DNA of 32,000 bases from Coriobacteriia bacterium. GTDB taxonomy: Bacteria; Actinomycetota; Coriobacteriia; Anaerosomatales; Anaerosomataceae. This document shows, piece by piece, positions 15,406 through 28,026 of this stretch. The translations under genes and the position numbers were made by a program. Each line of letters begins with the position of its first letter. Within the stretch, counting starts at the first letter, position 1. The stretch spans positions 13,449 through 45,448 of the forward strand of contig JBASOJ010000051.1 in NCBI GenBank assembly GCA_049658145.1. The letters are read 5' to 3'. The notes under the pieces are model-generated. The model saw only the letters and a list, made by a program, of their open reading frames with translations, searched no databases and had not been told where the DNA came from.

Positions 15406-15879
15406 ATGCAGAAGGAGATCGCGCTCACGCCCGAGGGCCAGGCACGCCTCGAGGAGGAACTGCTCCACCTTGAGACCGTTAGACGCCGTGAGGTCGGGGA
15501 GCGAATCCGCGAGGCGAAGGATTTCGGCGACATCTCGGAGAACTCCGAGTACGACGACGCCAAGAACGAGCAGGCGTGGGTCGAGAGTCGCATTGCCGAG
15601 ATCAGCCAGATCCTCGCGAACGCGACCATCATCGAGTCCCCCAAGAGCCACAGCAAGGTCGGGCTCGGGGCCCGGGTGCACCTGCGCGATGTGGCGGCCG
15701 ATGAGACCTTCGTCTATCAGCTGGTCGGCTCGGCTGAGGCCGATCCGACGCACAACCGCATCTCCAACGAGTCGCCTGTCGGCCAGGCGGTCATCGGCGC
15801 GAAGAAGGGTGACGTCGTCAAGGTCACGACCCCGCGCGGCTCGATCATCGAGTACGAGGTCGTGTCCATCTCCAAGTAG
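15406..15879 (+). CDS. greA: transcription elongation factor GreA
   Basis: 157 aa. LTPEGQARLEEEL...AKDFGDISENSEYDDAK is the canonical GreA coiled-coil. ATG after AGGAG. Confidence 0.92.
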   Translation: MQKEIALTPEGQARLEEELLHLETVRRREVGERIREAKDFGDISENSEYDDAKNEQAWVESRIAEISQILANATIIESPKSHSKVGLGARVHLRDVAADETFVYQLVGSAEADPTHNRISNESPVGQAVIGAKKGDVVKVTTPRGSIIEYEVVSISK

Positions 15880-15888
15880 TGGGGGATC

Positions 15889-17388
15889 ATGACGGACGAA
15901 CCGAGCACAGGCGCCACCCCGGCCGAGGACGCAGTCGCGGTCCGTCTCGCCAAGGTGGCGGGACTCCGAAGCGCGGCAGTCGAGCCCTACCGGGACTCAT
16001 TCGAGCGCACCGCGCTCGCCGCTGATCTCATCGAGGCCCACGCGGACCTAGGAGCGGGCGCGCAGACCGCCGATCTCGTCAGTGTGGCCGGCAGGGTCGT
16101 CGCGAAGCGCGATCAGGGCAAGGTCCTCTTCCTCGTGATCAAGGATGGCTCCGGCGAGATCCAGCTCTTCTGCCGCCCCGATGTTCTCGGCGATGACCCC
16201 TATGCCTCGGCCTGTGACCTCGACCTCGGCGACTGGGTCGGCGCCACGGGCACGGTGCTGCGTACTCGCCGGGGCGAACTGTCGGTGTCGCCCACGGAGG
16301 TCCTGCTCCTCTCCAAGTCGGTGCGACCGCTTCCCGAGAAGTATCACGGGCTTTCCGATACCGAGACCCGGTATCGTCAGCGCTACGTGGACCTGATCGC
16401 CAACCCCGAGGTGCGCGCGGTCTTCGAGACCCGCTTCGCCGTGATCTCGGCGATCCGGGCGTTCATGGCCGGCCGCGGTTTCCTCGAGGTCGAGACGCCG
16501 ATGCTGCAGCCGATCCCGGGCGGCGCCACCGCGCGCCCGTTCGTCACCCATCACAACGCGCTCGACATGGACCTCTACCTGCGCATCGCGCCGGAGTTGT
16601 ACCTCAAGCGGCTGCTCGTGGGCGGCTTCGAGCGGGTGTTCGAGATCAACCGCTCGTTCCGCAACGAGGGCATGTCTCCGCGTCACAACCCCGAGTTCAC
16701 CATGCTCGAGGCGTATCAGGCGTTCGGCAACATGGAGACGATGCGCGAACTCACCGAGGCTCTCATCACGTCCGTTGCGCTCGAGACCCTGGGTACGCTC
16801 GAGCTCGAGTACCAGGGTCACGCGGTGTCGCTTGTCCCGCCGTGGCGGCAGGCGCCGATGGCCGAGCTCGTCAGTGAGGCAGCGGGCCGGGAGCTGTCGG
16901 TACACACGCCGCTCGCGGACCTGCGTGCCGAGTGTGCCCGGCACGAGGCCCCGGTCGAAGCGGACTGGGGTCCCGGCAAACTGCTCACCGAGCTGTTCGA
17001 GAAGCTCGTGGAGCACACACTGAACGAGCCGACGTTCGTGACGCTCTATCCCGCCGAGACATCGCCGCTCGCGCGGCGCAACGATGATGACCCGATGCTC
17101 ACCGATCGATTCGAGCTGATCATCACCGGCCGTGAGTTCGCGAACGCGTTCTCCGAGCTCATCGACCCCGCCGACCAGCGCGGCCGCTTCGAGGCGCAGG
17201 CGGCCGCAAAGGACGCCGGAGACGATGAAGCGATGTGGGTCGACGAAGACTACCTGCGTGCTCAGGAGTACGGGATGCCGCCCGCCGGCGGCCTCGGCAT
17301 CGGCATCGATCGGCTCGTGATGCTGCTTACCGACAGCGCGTCGATCCGCGACGTCCTGCTGTTCCCACACATGCGGCCTGAGGCCTAG
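15889..17388 (+). CDS. lysS: lysine--tRNA ligase (class II)
   Basis: 499 aa. OB anticodon-binding region, class II motifs (FLEVETPMLQ, RNEG, GLGIGIDRLVMLL). Confidence 0.95.
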   Translation: MTDEPSTGATPAEDAVAVRLAKVAGLRSAAVEPYRDSFERTALAADLIEAHADLGAGAQTADLVSVAGRVVAKRDQGKVLFLVIKDGSGEIQLFCRPDVLGDDPYASACDLDLGDWVGATGTVLRTRRGELSVSPTEVLLLSKSVRPLPEKYHGLSDTETRYRQRYVDLIANPEVRAVFETRFAVISAIRAFMAGRGFLEVETPMLQPIPGGATARPFVTHHNALDMDLYLRIAPELYLKRLLVGGFERVFEINRSFRNEGMSPRHNPEFTMLEAYQAFGNMETMRELTEALITSVALETLGTLELEYQGHAVSLVPPWRQAPMAELVSEAAGRELSVHTPLADLRAECARHEAPVEADWGPGKLLTELFEKLVEHTLNEPTFVTLYPAETSPLARRNDDDPMLTDRFELIITGREFANAFSELIDPADQRGRFEAQAAAKDAGDDEAMWVDEDYLRAQEYGMPPAGGLGIGIDRLVMLLTDSASIRDVLLFPHMRPEA

Positions 17389-17592
17389 GGCTGCGGAGGT
17401 TCGCTGCGCGTGTCGCCGCCCGTCGGCGTCTCGCCCGCGTCCTGGCGGAATCTGAGTGTGAAGCGCTCACATCCGGTGGCACCGTCCTTGCTTCACATCC
17501 CGCACACTTCGACCCGTGTCACGGAGCGGGGTAGAATAGGCGTACGACATCCGATGCGCCTCATCGGCGCTGTAGATTGGGAGTGACGGACC

Positions 17593-20148
<2,556 letters not shown>

Positions 20149-20151
20149 CAG

Positions 20152-21495
20152 ATGGCCAGACCCCGGAGCACATGGCTCTGCCAGCAGTGCGGGCATTCCG
20201 CGCCGCGTTGGCTCGGCCGGTGCCCCGAATGCGGCGAGTACGGCACGTTCGTGGAGGAGGCCCAGTCGTCGCAGGTAGTGGGCGGTTCGTCCGCTGTCGG
20301 TACGGCCCGAGCCGTCACCCCGCTCGCGGAGGTCGCCCTCTCCCCGGAGATGCGCTTCACCACGGGGATAGGGGAGCTCGACAGTGTGCTGGGTGGTGGC
20401 CTGGTACGCGGCTCGGTCGTGCTCATCGGTGGTGAGCCCGGCATCGGCAAGTCGACCCTGCTGCTTCAGGCGGCCGGCGCGCTCGGCAACCGCGGCGTAC
20501 CCGTGCTCTACGTCTGCGGCGAGGAGTCCGTGCAGCAGGTCCGGTCGCGCGCGGACCGGGTCGGCGTGTCTTCGGGCATCACGCTGCTGCCCGAGGTGGA
20601 TGCTTCCGCCATCGAGGCGACGATCCTGGCCGAGCGGCCACAGGTGGTAATCGTCGATTCCATCCAGACGCTCTACGACCCCGGCCTGGACGGGGTCCCG
20701 GGGAGCGTCGGGCAGGTGCGGGCCACGGCCGCACGCCTCGTGCGTCTGGCGAAGACCAACGACGTCACGCTGCTCGTCGTCGGTCATGTGACCAAGGACG
20801 GGACCATCGCGGGTCCGAGGGTCCTGGAGCATGTGGTGGACACGGTGCTGTACTTCGAGGGCGACTCCGACCATGCGTTCCGGATCGTCCGGGCGGCCAA
20901 GAACCGCTTCGGCTCGGTCTCCGACATCGGGATCTTCGAGATGGCCGAGGACGGTCTCGCCGAGGTCGGACAGCCATCGGGCGCGCTGCTCGCGGAGCGC
21001 ACGGGCGGGGTGCCCGGCTCGGTGGTGATGGCGACGATGGAGGGTAGCAGGCCCCTACTCGTCGAAGTGCAGGCGCTCGTCACGCCGACGTACCTGCAGG
21101 TTCCACGCCGCCTCTCCGTGGGTATCGAGACCGCACGATTGCTGCAAGTCCTGGCGATCCTCGAGCGGCGGGCCGATGTCGGACTCGGCTCGTACGATGT
21201 CTACGTCTCCGTTGCGGCAGGGGTGCGGGTGACTGAGCCTGCCGTCGATCTGCCGCTTGCGCTCGCGCTGGCGTCATCGCGCGCGGACCGTGCCGTGCCC
21301 GCCGACGCTGTGGCCTTCGGCGAGATCGGGCTCACCGGCGACGTCCGCGGAGTGCCGCATGCGGCCGCCCGGCTACGTGAGTCCTCACGGATGGGGTTCG
21401 GGCGTGCATTCGGCCCCCAGTCCAAAGGTGCCAGCGCACTGGATATGATCGGCGTTCGCACGGTGGCCGATGCCCTCAAGGTGGCACTCGGGTAG
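20152..21495 (+). CDS. radA: DNA repair protein RadA/Sms
   Basis: 447 aa. N-terminal zinc finger CQQCGHSAPRWLGRCPECG, Walker A GGEPGIGKST, KNRFG motif and a Lon-like C-terminus. Confidence 0.95.
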   Translation: MARPRSTWLCQQCGHSAPRWLGRCPECGEYGTFVEEAQSSQVVGGSSAVGTARAVTPLAEVALSPEMRFTTGIGELDSVLGGGLVRGSVVLIGGEPGIGKSTLLLQAAGALGNRGVPVLYVCGEESVQQVRSRADRVGVSSGITLLPEVDASAIEATILAERPQVVIVDSIQTLYDPGLDGVPGSVGQVRATAARLVRLAKTNDVTLLVVGHVTKDGTIAGPRVLEHVVDTVLYFEGDSDHAFRIVRAAKNRFGSVSDIGIFEMAEDGLAEVGQPSGALLAERTGGVPGSVVMATMEGSRPLLVEVQALVTPTYLQVPRRLSVGIETARLLQVLAILERRADVGLGSYDVYVSVAAGVRVTEPAVDLPLALALASSRADRAVPADAVAFGEIGLTGDVRGVPHAAARLRESSRMGFGRAFGPQSKGASALDMIGVRTVADALKVALG

Positions 21496-21570
21496 CGAAT
21501 GTGGTGGCGCGGCGGCGGTCGTGGCAGAATCCAGGTAGAGTCAGCGTCTGTCAGAGGTGAGGAGGGCACG

Positions 21571-22623
21571 ATGCGCGAAGAGGAGATGCACTCGGCGCTG
21601 CAGTTCGTCGCACCGGGCACGCCACTCAGGCAGGCGCTGGACAACGTCATCGCCGGAAAGACCGGCGCGCTGATCGCGATCGGCGACGAGACCGGTGTGG
21701 ACTCCCTCAGTAACGGCGGCTTCGTCATCGACGCGTCCTTCACCCATCAGCGCCTCTTCGAACTGGCGAAGATGGACGGCGCCATCCTGCTCGACGCCGA
21801 AGCAACCCGCATCCGCAGGGCGAACGTCCACCTCATGCCCGACCCTTCGCTGCCGACCACCGAGACCGGCATGCGCCACCGCACCGCCGAGCGCGTGAGT
21901 CGCCAGACACAGGCGTTGGTCGTGTCGGTGTCTCAGCGTCGCGAGGTCGTCACCCTTTATCGCAACGGGGAGCGCATCTCGCTCGCCGACATCGATGTCG
22001 TGCTCGCCAAAGCAAGTCAGGCGGTGCAGACCCTCGAGCGTTACCGCACCCGCCTCACCGAGGTGTCGACGCATCTCACCGAACTCGAGTTCGAGGACCT
22101 CGCCACATTCGGGGACGTCGCCGTGGTGCTGCACCGTTTCGAGATGCTGAGACGTGTGGGTCGCGAGCTCAGCCGATACATAATCGAGCTCGGCACCGAG
22201 GGGCGTCTCGTGCGCATGCAGGCCGATGAGCTCACGGCGGGCGCAGAAGACGACTTCCTCATGTTGGTCCGCGACTACATGCCCGACTCGGGACCGCGCA
22301 AGGCTGTCGCGGCCCTCGCCCGCATCGCGGCCCTCACCCCTGAGCAACTCCTCGACCCCGGTGCACTCGCGGTGGCCCTGGGATATGCCCCCACGGCCGA
22401 CATCGACGAACAGCACGTACGGCCCAAGGGCTACCGGTTGCTCCATCGCGTGCCGCTCCTGCCCGCTACCGTGATCAACCGGCTCGTCGACCGCTTCGGC
22501 TCACTCAAAGCCATACTCGCCGCGACCGAGCAGCAACTCGATGATGTCGACGGTGTGGGGGCGCGACGCGCAAGGGCCATCAGTGACGGTCTGCGTCGCA
22601 TGCGCGAACGGGCCGTGCTGTAG
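21571..22623 (+). CDS. disA: DNA integrity scanning protein DisA (diadenylate cyclase)
   Basis: 350 aa. DAC domain (GALIAIGD, DGAILLD, GMRHRTAERVS) and a C-terminal HhH. ATG after GAGGAGGG. Confidence 0.92.
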   Translation: MREEEMHSALQFVAPGTPLRQALDNVIAGKTGALIAIGDETGVDSLSNGGFVIDASFTHQRLFELAKMDGAILLDAEATRIRRANVHLMPDPSLPTTETGMRHRTAERVSRQTQALVVSVSQRREVVTLYRNGERISLADIDVVLAKASQAVQTLERYRTRLTEVSTHLTELEFEDLATFGDVAVVLHRFEMLRRVGRELSRYIIELGTEGRLVRMQADELTAGAEDDFLMLVRDYMPDSGPRKAVAALARIAALTPEQLLDPGALAVALGYAPTADIDEQHVRPKGYRLLHRVPLLPATVINRLVDRFGSLKAILAATEQQLDDVDGVGARRARAISDGLRRMRERAVL

Positions 22624-22762
22624 GGCGCCGACGCGCACCTGTGCTACGATCGCCTCATTCATACCATCGTAGGTATCGTCGGCCCGCCGGTCACCCGGCC
22701 CGGCACCGGAGGAGGTGAAGGCGCTCGTCAGAAGCGGCATCTGACGTTCGGGCGTCGAGATC

Positions 22763-23815
22763 ATGTTCGTACAGCTCGCTCGTGTATTCCTGATCACGGT
22801 GGGCGCACTCGGCGGGTTCGCGGTCTCACAGCAGATCGACTGGACGGCTCAGACGGGGTTCTCAGAAGGCTACGTCATCTTCATCATCATCATACTGGGA
22901 GCCTCGATAGGGTACGTACTGGGCGGCATATTCGGCCGGGAACTAGAAGCGGCCTACCGCCGGATCCACTCACGACTCGCCGAAGTCCACACACCTACGC
23001 TCATGCTGGGCGCGGTCGGTCTGCTGGTTGGGCTGCTCGTGGCCTTCCTCATCTCGTCTTCGCTCCTCAAGTACCTCGAGAACCCGAGGTGGCTTGGCTT
23101 TCTCGTCACTGCGCTGCTCTACGTGTTCTGCGCCTATGTCGGCGTGAGCCTCTTCATGTTGCCGGGTCGCGATGAGGCGCTCGCATGGTCGTTTGGCTCG
23201 TCGGCACCGGTGGACAGCCGCCCTCCCAAGCTGCTCGACACAAGCGCCATCATCGATGGGCGGTTTGCGGAGCTCGCGAAGTCGGGCCTGCTCGAAGGTC
23301 CGTTGCGTGTGCCGCGATTCGTGCTCGTCGAGCTGCAGACGCTCGCGGACTCGGCTGATGATGCCCGTCGTGCCAGGGGTCGGCGTGGGCTCGATCTGCT
23401 GACCACGATGGCAGCGGGGGAGTACGGTGTGCTCGTCATGGAGAGCGACTTCTCCGAGATCCCCACTGTGGACGCGAAACTCGTGAGGCTCGCGCTCTCC
23501 AGCGGCGGCACGCTCGTCACCGTCGACTACAACCTCACCAAGGTGGCGCGCGTCGAGGGCGCGGCGGTGCTGAACGTGAACGAAGCGGCCGAGGCGTTGC
23601 GCCCTGTGCTGCTTCCCGGCGATGCGTTGCACATCGCGCTCACCAAGGAGGGCAAGGAGGCCGGGCAGGGGGTCGGCTACCTCGGCGACGGCACCATGGT
23701 CGTCGTGGCCGACGGCGCGCGCTCGGTCGGCACGGACATCGATGTCGAAGTGACCTCGGTCCTCCAGACGAGTGCCGGCAGGATGGTGTTCGCACGACTC
23801 AAGGAGCTTCCATGA
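22763..23815 (+). CDS. PIN/TRAM domain membrane protein (YacL-like)
   Basis: 350 aa. 4 N-terminal TM segments, a PIN-like region (LLDTSAIIDGR) and a C-terminal TRAM-like beta region. Syntenic position matches Bacillus yacL. Confidence 0.8.
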   Translation: MFVQLARVFLITVGALGGFAVSQQIDWTAQTGFSEGYVIFIIIILGASIGYVLGGIFGRELEAAYRRIHSRLAEVHTPTLMLGAVGLLVGLLVAFLISSSLLKYLENPRWLGFLVTALLYVFCAYVGVSLFMLPGRDEALAWSFGSSAPVDSRPPKLLDTSAIIDGRFAELAKSGLLEGPLRVPRFVLVELQTLADSADDARRARGRRGLDLLTTMAAGEYGVLVMESDFSEIPTVDAKLVRLALSSGGTLVTVDYNLTKVARVEGAAVLNVNEAAEALRPVLLPGDALHIALTKEGKEAGQGVGYLGDGTMVVVADGARSVGTDIDVEVTSVLQTSAGRMVFARLKELP

Positions 23816-24525
23816 ACGCCGCGATCATCGTCGCGGGTGGAGGCGGAGAACGCACCGGTCTCGACGGAGGCAAGCAGCTCGCCGCGGTGGCGGGTCGGCC
23901 TGTGCTGTACCACACCGTCTCGGCGTTCGTCGCGTGTGCGGCGATCGATGCGATCGTTGTGGTGACTCACCCGGAGCGCGTAGAGGAGTATCGGGCTGCC
24001 GCTGTTGCGCCCCTCGGTTCCCCCAAGATCGTCGGCGTGATCGGCGGCGGCGGATCGCGGCAGGAGTCGGTGGCACGCGGGCTCGCGGCTGTTCCCGCCG
24101 ACGCGGATGTCATCGCCGTGCACGACGGTGCTCGTCCTCTCGTGACTCCCGCACTCATCGCCGAGGCGATCGACGCGCTGGATGCGGACGCAGCACTCGA
24201 TGGAGTCGTCGTCGGCCACCCCTCGTATGACACGCTGAAGCTCGTCGGCGCGCGGGACCGGGTCGCAGGTACCCTCGACCGCACCACGGTATGGGCAGCC
24301 CAGACACCGCAGGTGTTCCGTGCGCCGGTTCTGCGCCGCGCGTACGCGAGGGCCGAGGCCGAGGGATTCGCGGCCACCGACGACGCGTCGCTGGTCGAGC
24401 GCGCCGGCGGCTCGGTGCGGATGCTGGCGGGGCCACGTGACAACATCAAGGTCACCGTTCCGGAAGACATGCTCATCGTCGAACGCCTACTGCGGACGAG
24501 AGTGGAAGGAGCGGGCGATGAGTGA
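23812..24525 (+). CDS. ispD: 2-C-methyl-D-erythritol 4-phosphate cytidylyltransferase
   Basis: 237 aa. IVAGGGGERTG...KQL, VHDGARPL and QTPQVF motifs. ATGA overlap with the upstream gene. Confidence 0.92.
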   Translation: MNAAIIVAGGGGERTGLDGGKQLAAVAGRPVLYHTVSAFVACAAIDAIVVVTHPERVEEYRAAAVAPLGSPKIVGVIGGGGSRQESVARGLAAVPADADVIAVHDGARPLVTPALIAEAIDALDADAALDGVVVGHPSYDTLKLVGARDRVAGTLDRTTVWAAQTPQVFRAPVLRRAYARAEAEGFAATDDASLVERAGGSVRMLAGPRDNIKVTVPEDMLIVERLLRTRVEGAGDE

Positions 24526-25000
24526 CCTCAGAGTCGGCATCGGCTACGACGTGCATGCTTTCGCGGACGGCCGTGCGCTCGTTCTCGGGGGCGTCGAGAT
24601 CCCGCATGATCGAGGCCTGCTCGGCCATTCGGACGCCGACGTACTCGTCCACGCGCTGATGGACGCGATCCTTGGAGCGCTTCGCGAGGGGGATATCGGC
24701 AGGCTCTTCCCCGACACCGATCCGGCGTATGCCGGCGTCTCGTCGATCGATCTGCTCTCGCGTGTCGCCGCCCTGGCCGAAGAGCGCGGCTGGCGGCTGG
24801 CCGATGCCGACACGGTGCTGGTGCTCGAGCAGCCGCGCGTCGCACCGTACCGTGACGAGATGCGTGATCGCATCGCCGCCGCGCTCGGTGTGGACGCGTC
24901 GCGCATAGGCGTGAAGGCTACGACCACCGAGGGCCTCGGCTTCGAGGGCAGGGCCGAGGGTGTCGGCGCTCAGGCGGTCGTCTTGTTGGAGCGCATATAG
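24518..25000 (+). CDS. ispF: 2-C-methyl-D-erythritol 2,4-cyclodiphosphate synthase
   Basis: 160 aa. RVGIGYDVHAF...GHSDADVLVHALMDAILGA is canonical IspF. 8-nt overlap with ispD. Confidence 0.95.
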   Translation: MSDLRVGIGYDVHAFADGRALVLGGVEIPHDRGLLGHSDADVLVHALMDAILGALREGDIGRLFPDTDPAYAGVSSIDLLSRVAALAEERGWRLADADTVLVLEQPRVAPYRDEMRDRIAAALGVDASRIGVKATTTEGLGFEGRAEGVGAQAVVLLERI

Positions 25001-25009
25001 ACGCCCGTG

Positions 25010-25039
25010 TTGACACGTCTTCGAGCGTGACATGATAGT
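25010..25039 (+). promoter_or_regulatory. putative promoter upstream of cysE
   Basis: TTGACA (25010-25015), 17-18 nt spacer, TGATAGT (25033-25039). Confidence 0.4.
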
Positions 25040-25084
25040 AGTGCGATTCGTCGCCCGGAAAGCATGAAAGGGGGTCGTGCGCCG

Positions 25085-25801
25085 ATGATCTCGCGGATCA
25101 CAGCGGACATAGCTGCCGTCAAGGAGCGCGACCCGGCGTGCCCCTCCACGTGGTCGGCACTCACGAACTACCCCGGTCTCTGGGCGGTCTGGTGGCATCG
25201 CGTGACGCACAGGCTGCACCGCTCGGGACGTACGTGGCTCGCGAGGTATATCAGTCAGCGCGTGCGCAGGCGCACGGGCATAGAGATCCACCCGGGAGCG
25301 GCGATCGGCGAGCGCTTCTTCATCGACCACGGTATGGGCGTGGTCATCGGTGAGACGACCGTCATCGGCAACGATGTGACGCTCTACCAGGGAGTGACTC
25401 TGGGCGGCACCGGCAAGGAGCATGGTAAGCGGCATCCGACGATCGAGGACTTCGCTGTCGTGGGCGTCGGGGCGACCGTGCTGGGCAACATCACCATCGG
25501 TCACGGTTCACGTGTAGGTGCGGGCGCCGTCGTGATCGCCGACGTGCCGGCCAGCTGCACCGTCGTGGGCATCCCCGGTCGCGTCGTCGTCAGGGAGGGC
25601 CAGCGGGTCGATGCGGTCGACCTGCACCACGAGGACCTGCCCGACCCCGTGGTCGAGATGTACCGTTCCATGGCGCGACGCATCGACCGGCTTGAGTCGC
25701 GCCTGGCGCGCGACGAGGACGTGAGCGCCGAGACGGGCGGACCTGTCTTCGGCGAGGTACCCGCAACACGAGAGGACGACGATGACGATCCGGGTCTATA
25801 A
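25085..25801 (+). CDS. cysE: serine O-acetyltransferase
   Basis: Hexapeptide-repeat SAT: GIEIHPGAAIGERFFIDHGMGVVIGET, GKRHPTIED. ATG 25085 follows AAAGGGGG and matches the N-terminal length of Bacillus CysE. The alternative start ATG 25064 lacks an SD. Acidic C-terminal tail. Confidence 0.88.
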   Translation: MISRITADIAAVKERDPACPSTWSALTNYPGLWAVWWHRVTHRLHRSGRTWLARYISQRVRRRTGIEIHPGAAIGERFFIDHGMGVVIGETTVIGNDVTLYQGVTLGGTGKEHGKRHPTIEDFAVVGVGATVLGNITIGHGSRVGAGAVVIADVPASCTVVGIPGRVVVREGQRVDAVDLHHEDLPDPVVEMYRSMARRIDRLESRLARDEDVSAETGGPVFGEVPATREDDDDDPGL

Positions 25802-27287
25802 CACGCTCAGCCGCGGCAAGGAGGAGTTCGTCCCTCGCGATCCGGGCGCGGTGGCGATGTACGTGTGCGGGCCGACCGTCTACAACCACATCCACATCGG
25901 CAACGCTCGAACCTTCCTCACCTTCGACGTCATCCGCCGGTACCTCACCTACGCGGGCTACGACGTACGCTTCGTTCAGAACGTGACCGATGTCGACGAC
26001 AAGATCATCGCGCGCGCCGCCGAGGAGGGCCGCGAGCCCGCCGAAGTCGCCTCCGACTACACACTGGCGTTCCGCGCGGCGATGGACGCGCTCGGCATCG
26101 AGCGCCCCACGGCCTCCCCCAAGGCGACCGAGACCATCCCCGGTATGATCGCGATGACCGAGCGGCTGATCGAGCGCGGTCACGCCTACGTCGTAGACGG
26201 CGACGTCTACTTCGCGGTCCGCAGCTTTCCCGACTACGGCAAGCTGTCCGGCCGGAACATCGACGATCTCGAGTCGGGCGCGCGTGTGGATGTGGACGAG
26301 CGTAAGCAGGACCCGCTCGACTTCGCGCTGTGGAAGTCCGCCAAGCCCGGCGAGCCCCACTGGTCCAGTCCGTGGGGCGAGGGCCGGCCCGGCTGGCACC
26401 TCGAGTGCTCGGTCATGTCGGAACAGGAGCTCGGCGTGACGTTCGACATCCACGGCGGGGCGAGCGACCTCATCTTCCCGCACCATGAGAATGAGATCGC
26501 ACAGTCCGAGGCCGCGACGGGCCGGCCGTTCGTTCGGTACTGGCTCCACGGTGGTCTGTTGCAGGTGAATGCCGAGAAGATGAGCAAGTCGCTCGGCAAC
26601 TTCATGCTGCTGAAAGATGTGCTGGCGCAGTACCCTGCGCCGGTCGTGCGCGTGCTGATGCTGCAGACGCACTACCGCAGCCCGCTCGATTTCTCACCCG
26701 ATCGTCTCGAGGAGGCGTCGCGCTCGTACGAGCGGCTCGTCACGCCGCTGCGCAACCTGGAGTGGGCAAAGCGCAACAGGGCGACGGGAACGCTCAGCGA
26801 GGCGACGCCGTCGGCGATCGCGGCGCTCGAGGAGATCCCCGGTGCCACCCGGCGGGCGTTCACCGCGTCGATGGACGACGACTTCAACACTGCAGGTGCG
26901 CTCGCCGCGCTCTTCGACCTCGTGCGCGTGCTCAACACCTTCCTCGAGCAGCATGGCATCGGCGACAACGCGCGGTACGCGTCGCGCCTCGATGAGGCGG
27001 CGGCGACGCTCACCGAGCTCCTCGGTGCGCTCGGGGTGTCGATCACGACCTCCGCGCGGGGTGCCGAGTATCCGGCGGATGTCTTGCCGATGGCTCGCGA
27101 CCTGGCCGGCTACGATGGCGGCGACGCCCGGGCGGCGGTGGATGCGCTGCTCGCGGCGCGTGCGGTTGCCCGCACGGAGCGCAACTGGGCCGCGGCCGAT
27201 GCGGTCCGGGATGGGCTCGCCCGCCTCGGCTTCACCATCGAGGACACCGCCTCCGGCGCACGCGTCGTCTTCCACGGCCGCGGGTAG
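25782..27287 (+). CDS. cysS: cysteine--tRNA ligase
   Basis: 501 aa. HIGNAR (HIGH) and KMSKS motifs, class I fold. Overlaps the cysE 3' end by 20 nt. Confidence 0.95.
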   Translation: MTIRVYNTLSRGKEEFVPRDPGAVAMYVCGPTVYNHIHIGNARTFLTFDVIRRYLTYAGYDVRFVQNVTDVDDKIIARAAEEGREPAEVASDYTLAFRAAMDALGIERPTASPKATETIPGMIAMTERLIERGHAYVVDGDVYFAVRSFPDYGKLSGRNIDDLESGARVDVDERKQDPLDFALWKSAKPGEPHWSSPWGEGRPGWHLECSVMSEQELGVTFDIHGGASDLIFPHHENEIAQSEAATGRPFVRYWLHGGLLQVNAEKMSKSLGNFMLLKDVLAQYPAPVVRVLMLQTHYRSPLDFSPDRLEEASRSYERLVTPLRNLEWAKRNRATGTLSEATPSAIAALEEIPGATRRAFTASMDDDFNTAGALAALFDLVRVLNTFLEQHGIGDNARYASRLDEAAATLTELLGALGVSITTSARGAEYPADVLPMARDLAGYDGGDARAAVDALLAARAVARTERNWAAADAVRDGLARLGFTIEDTASGARVVFHGRG

Positions 27288-27294
27288 TGCGGCG

Positions 27295-28026
27295 ATGAGC
27301 GACTTCATCGAGGGTCGCAACGCCGTTCTCGAAGCGCTTCGATCGGGCATGCGGCTCGAAAGCGTGACGATCGCCGATGGCGTGCGGAACGATCCGGGCA
27401 TCGAGGAGATCCGGCGGCTCGCCGGCGCGGCAGAAGTCCCCGTGAGATCGGCGGCGCGCGAGAAGCTCGATCGCCAGAGCGCCCGCGGCGCCCACCAGGG
27501 CGTCGTGGCTGTCGCGGCCCCGTTCCGCTATGCGGAGCTCGCCGACGTGCTGCGCACCGTAGCGGGGCGAGACCGGTCGCTCGTGGTGGTGCTCGACCAC
27601 GTGACCGATCCCGGGAACCTGGGCGCGGTCATACGCTCGGTCGAAGTGGCGGGGGGCGACGCGGTCGTCATCCCGAAGGACCGGGCCGCATCGATCGGAC
27701 CCGTGGCTCACAAGGCCTCAGCGGGCGCCACGGCTCACCTGCCCGTGGTGCAGGTGGGCAACGTCGCGTGCGCGCTTGGCGATTTGAAGGACGCGGGCTA
27801 CTGGGTGGCGGGCGCCGACGAGCGGGGAGAGCAGGACCTCTGGCATTCACCGTTGAACGGGCGGCTCGTCCTCGTACTCGGTGCCGAGGGCAGCGGCCTT
27901 GCGCGGCTCACGCGCGATCGGTGCGACTTCCTGGTGAGCATCCCCGTTGCAGGGAAGGTGTCCTCGCTCAACGTCGCGCAGGCGACGAGCGTCCTGGCGT
28001 TCGAGTGGGTGAGACAGGGCACGTGA
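27295..28026 (+). CDS. rlmB: 23S rRNA (guanosine-2'-O)-methyltransferase RlmB / TrmH family
   Basis: 243 aa. SpoU substrate-binding N-terminus (IEGRNAVLEAL) and SPOUT motifs DHVTDPGNLGAIIRS, LVLGAEGSGL, SLNVA. Confidence 0.88.
   Translation: MSDFIEGRNAVLEALRSGMRLESVTIADGVRNDPGIEEIRRLAGAAEVPVRSAAREKLDRQSARGAHQGVVAVAAPFRYAELADVLRTVAGRDRSLVVVLDHVTDPGNLGAVIRSVEVAGGDAVVIPKDRAASIGPVAHKASAGATAHLPVVQVGNVACALGDLKDAGYWVAGADERGEQDLWHSPLNGRLVLVLGAEGSGLARLTRDRCDFLVSIPVAGKVSSLNVAQATSVLAFEWVRQGT

Noticed and set aside
17389-17592. CtsR or ClgR operator upstream of clpC
   Set aside because: There is no tandem GGTCAAA heptad repeat. The CGC...GCG palindrome has a 7-nt rather than 5-nt spacer, so it matches neither known operator as I recall them. 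It is kept only as an unassigned palindrome finding.
25001-25084. T-box riboswitch upstream of cysE, as in the Bacillus gltX-cysE-cysS operon
   Set aside because: The intergenic region is only about 63-84 nt, far too short for a T-box leader (typically over 200 nt), and I saw no T-box consensus.
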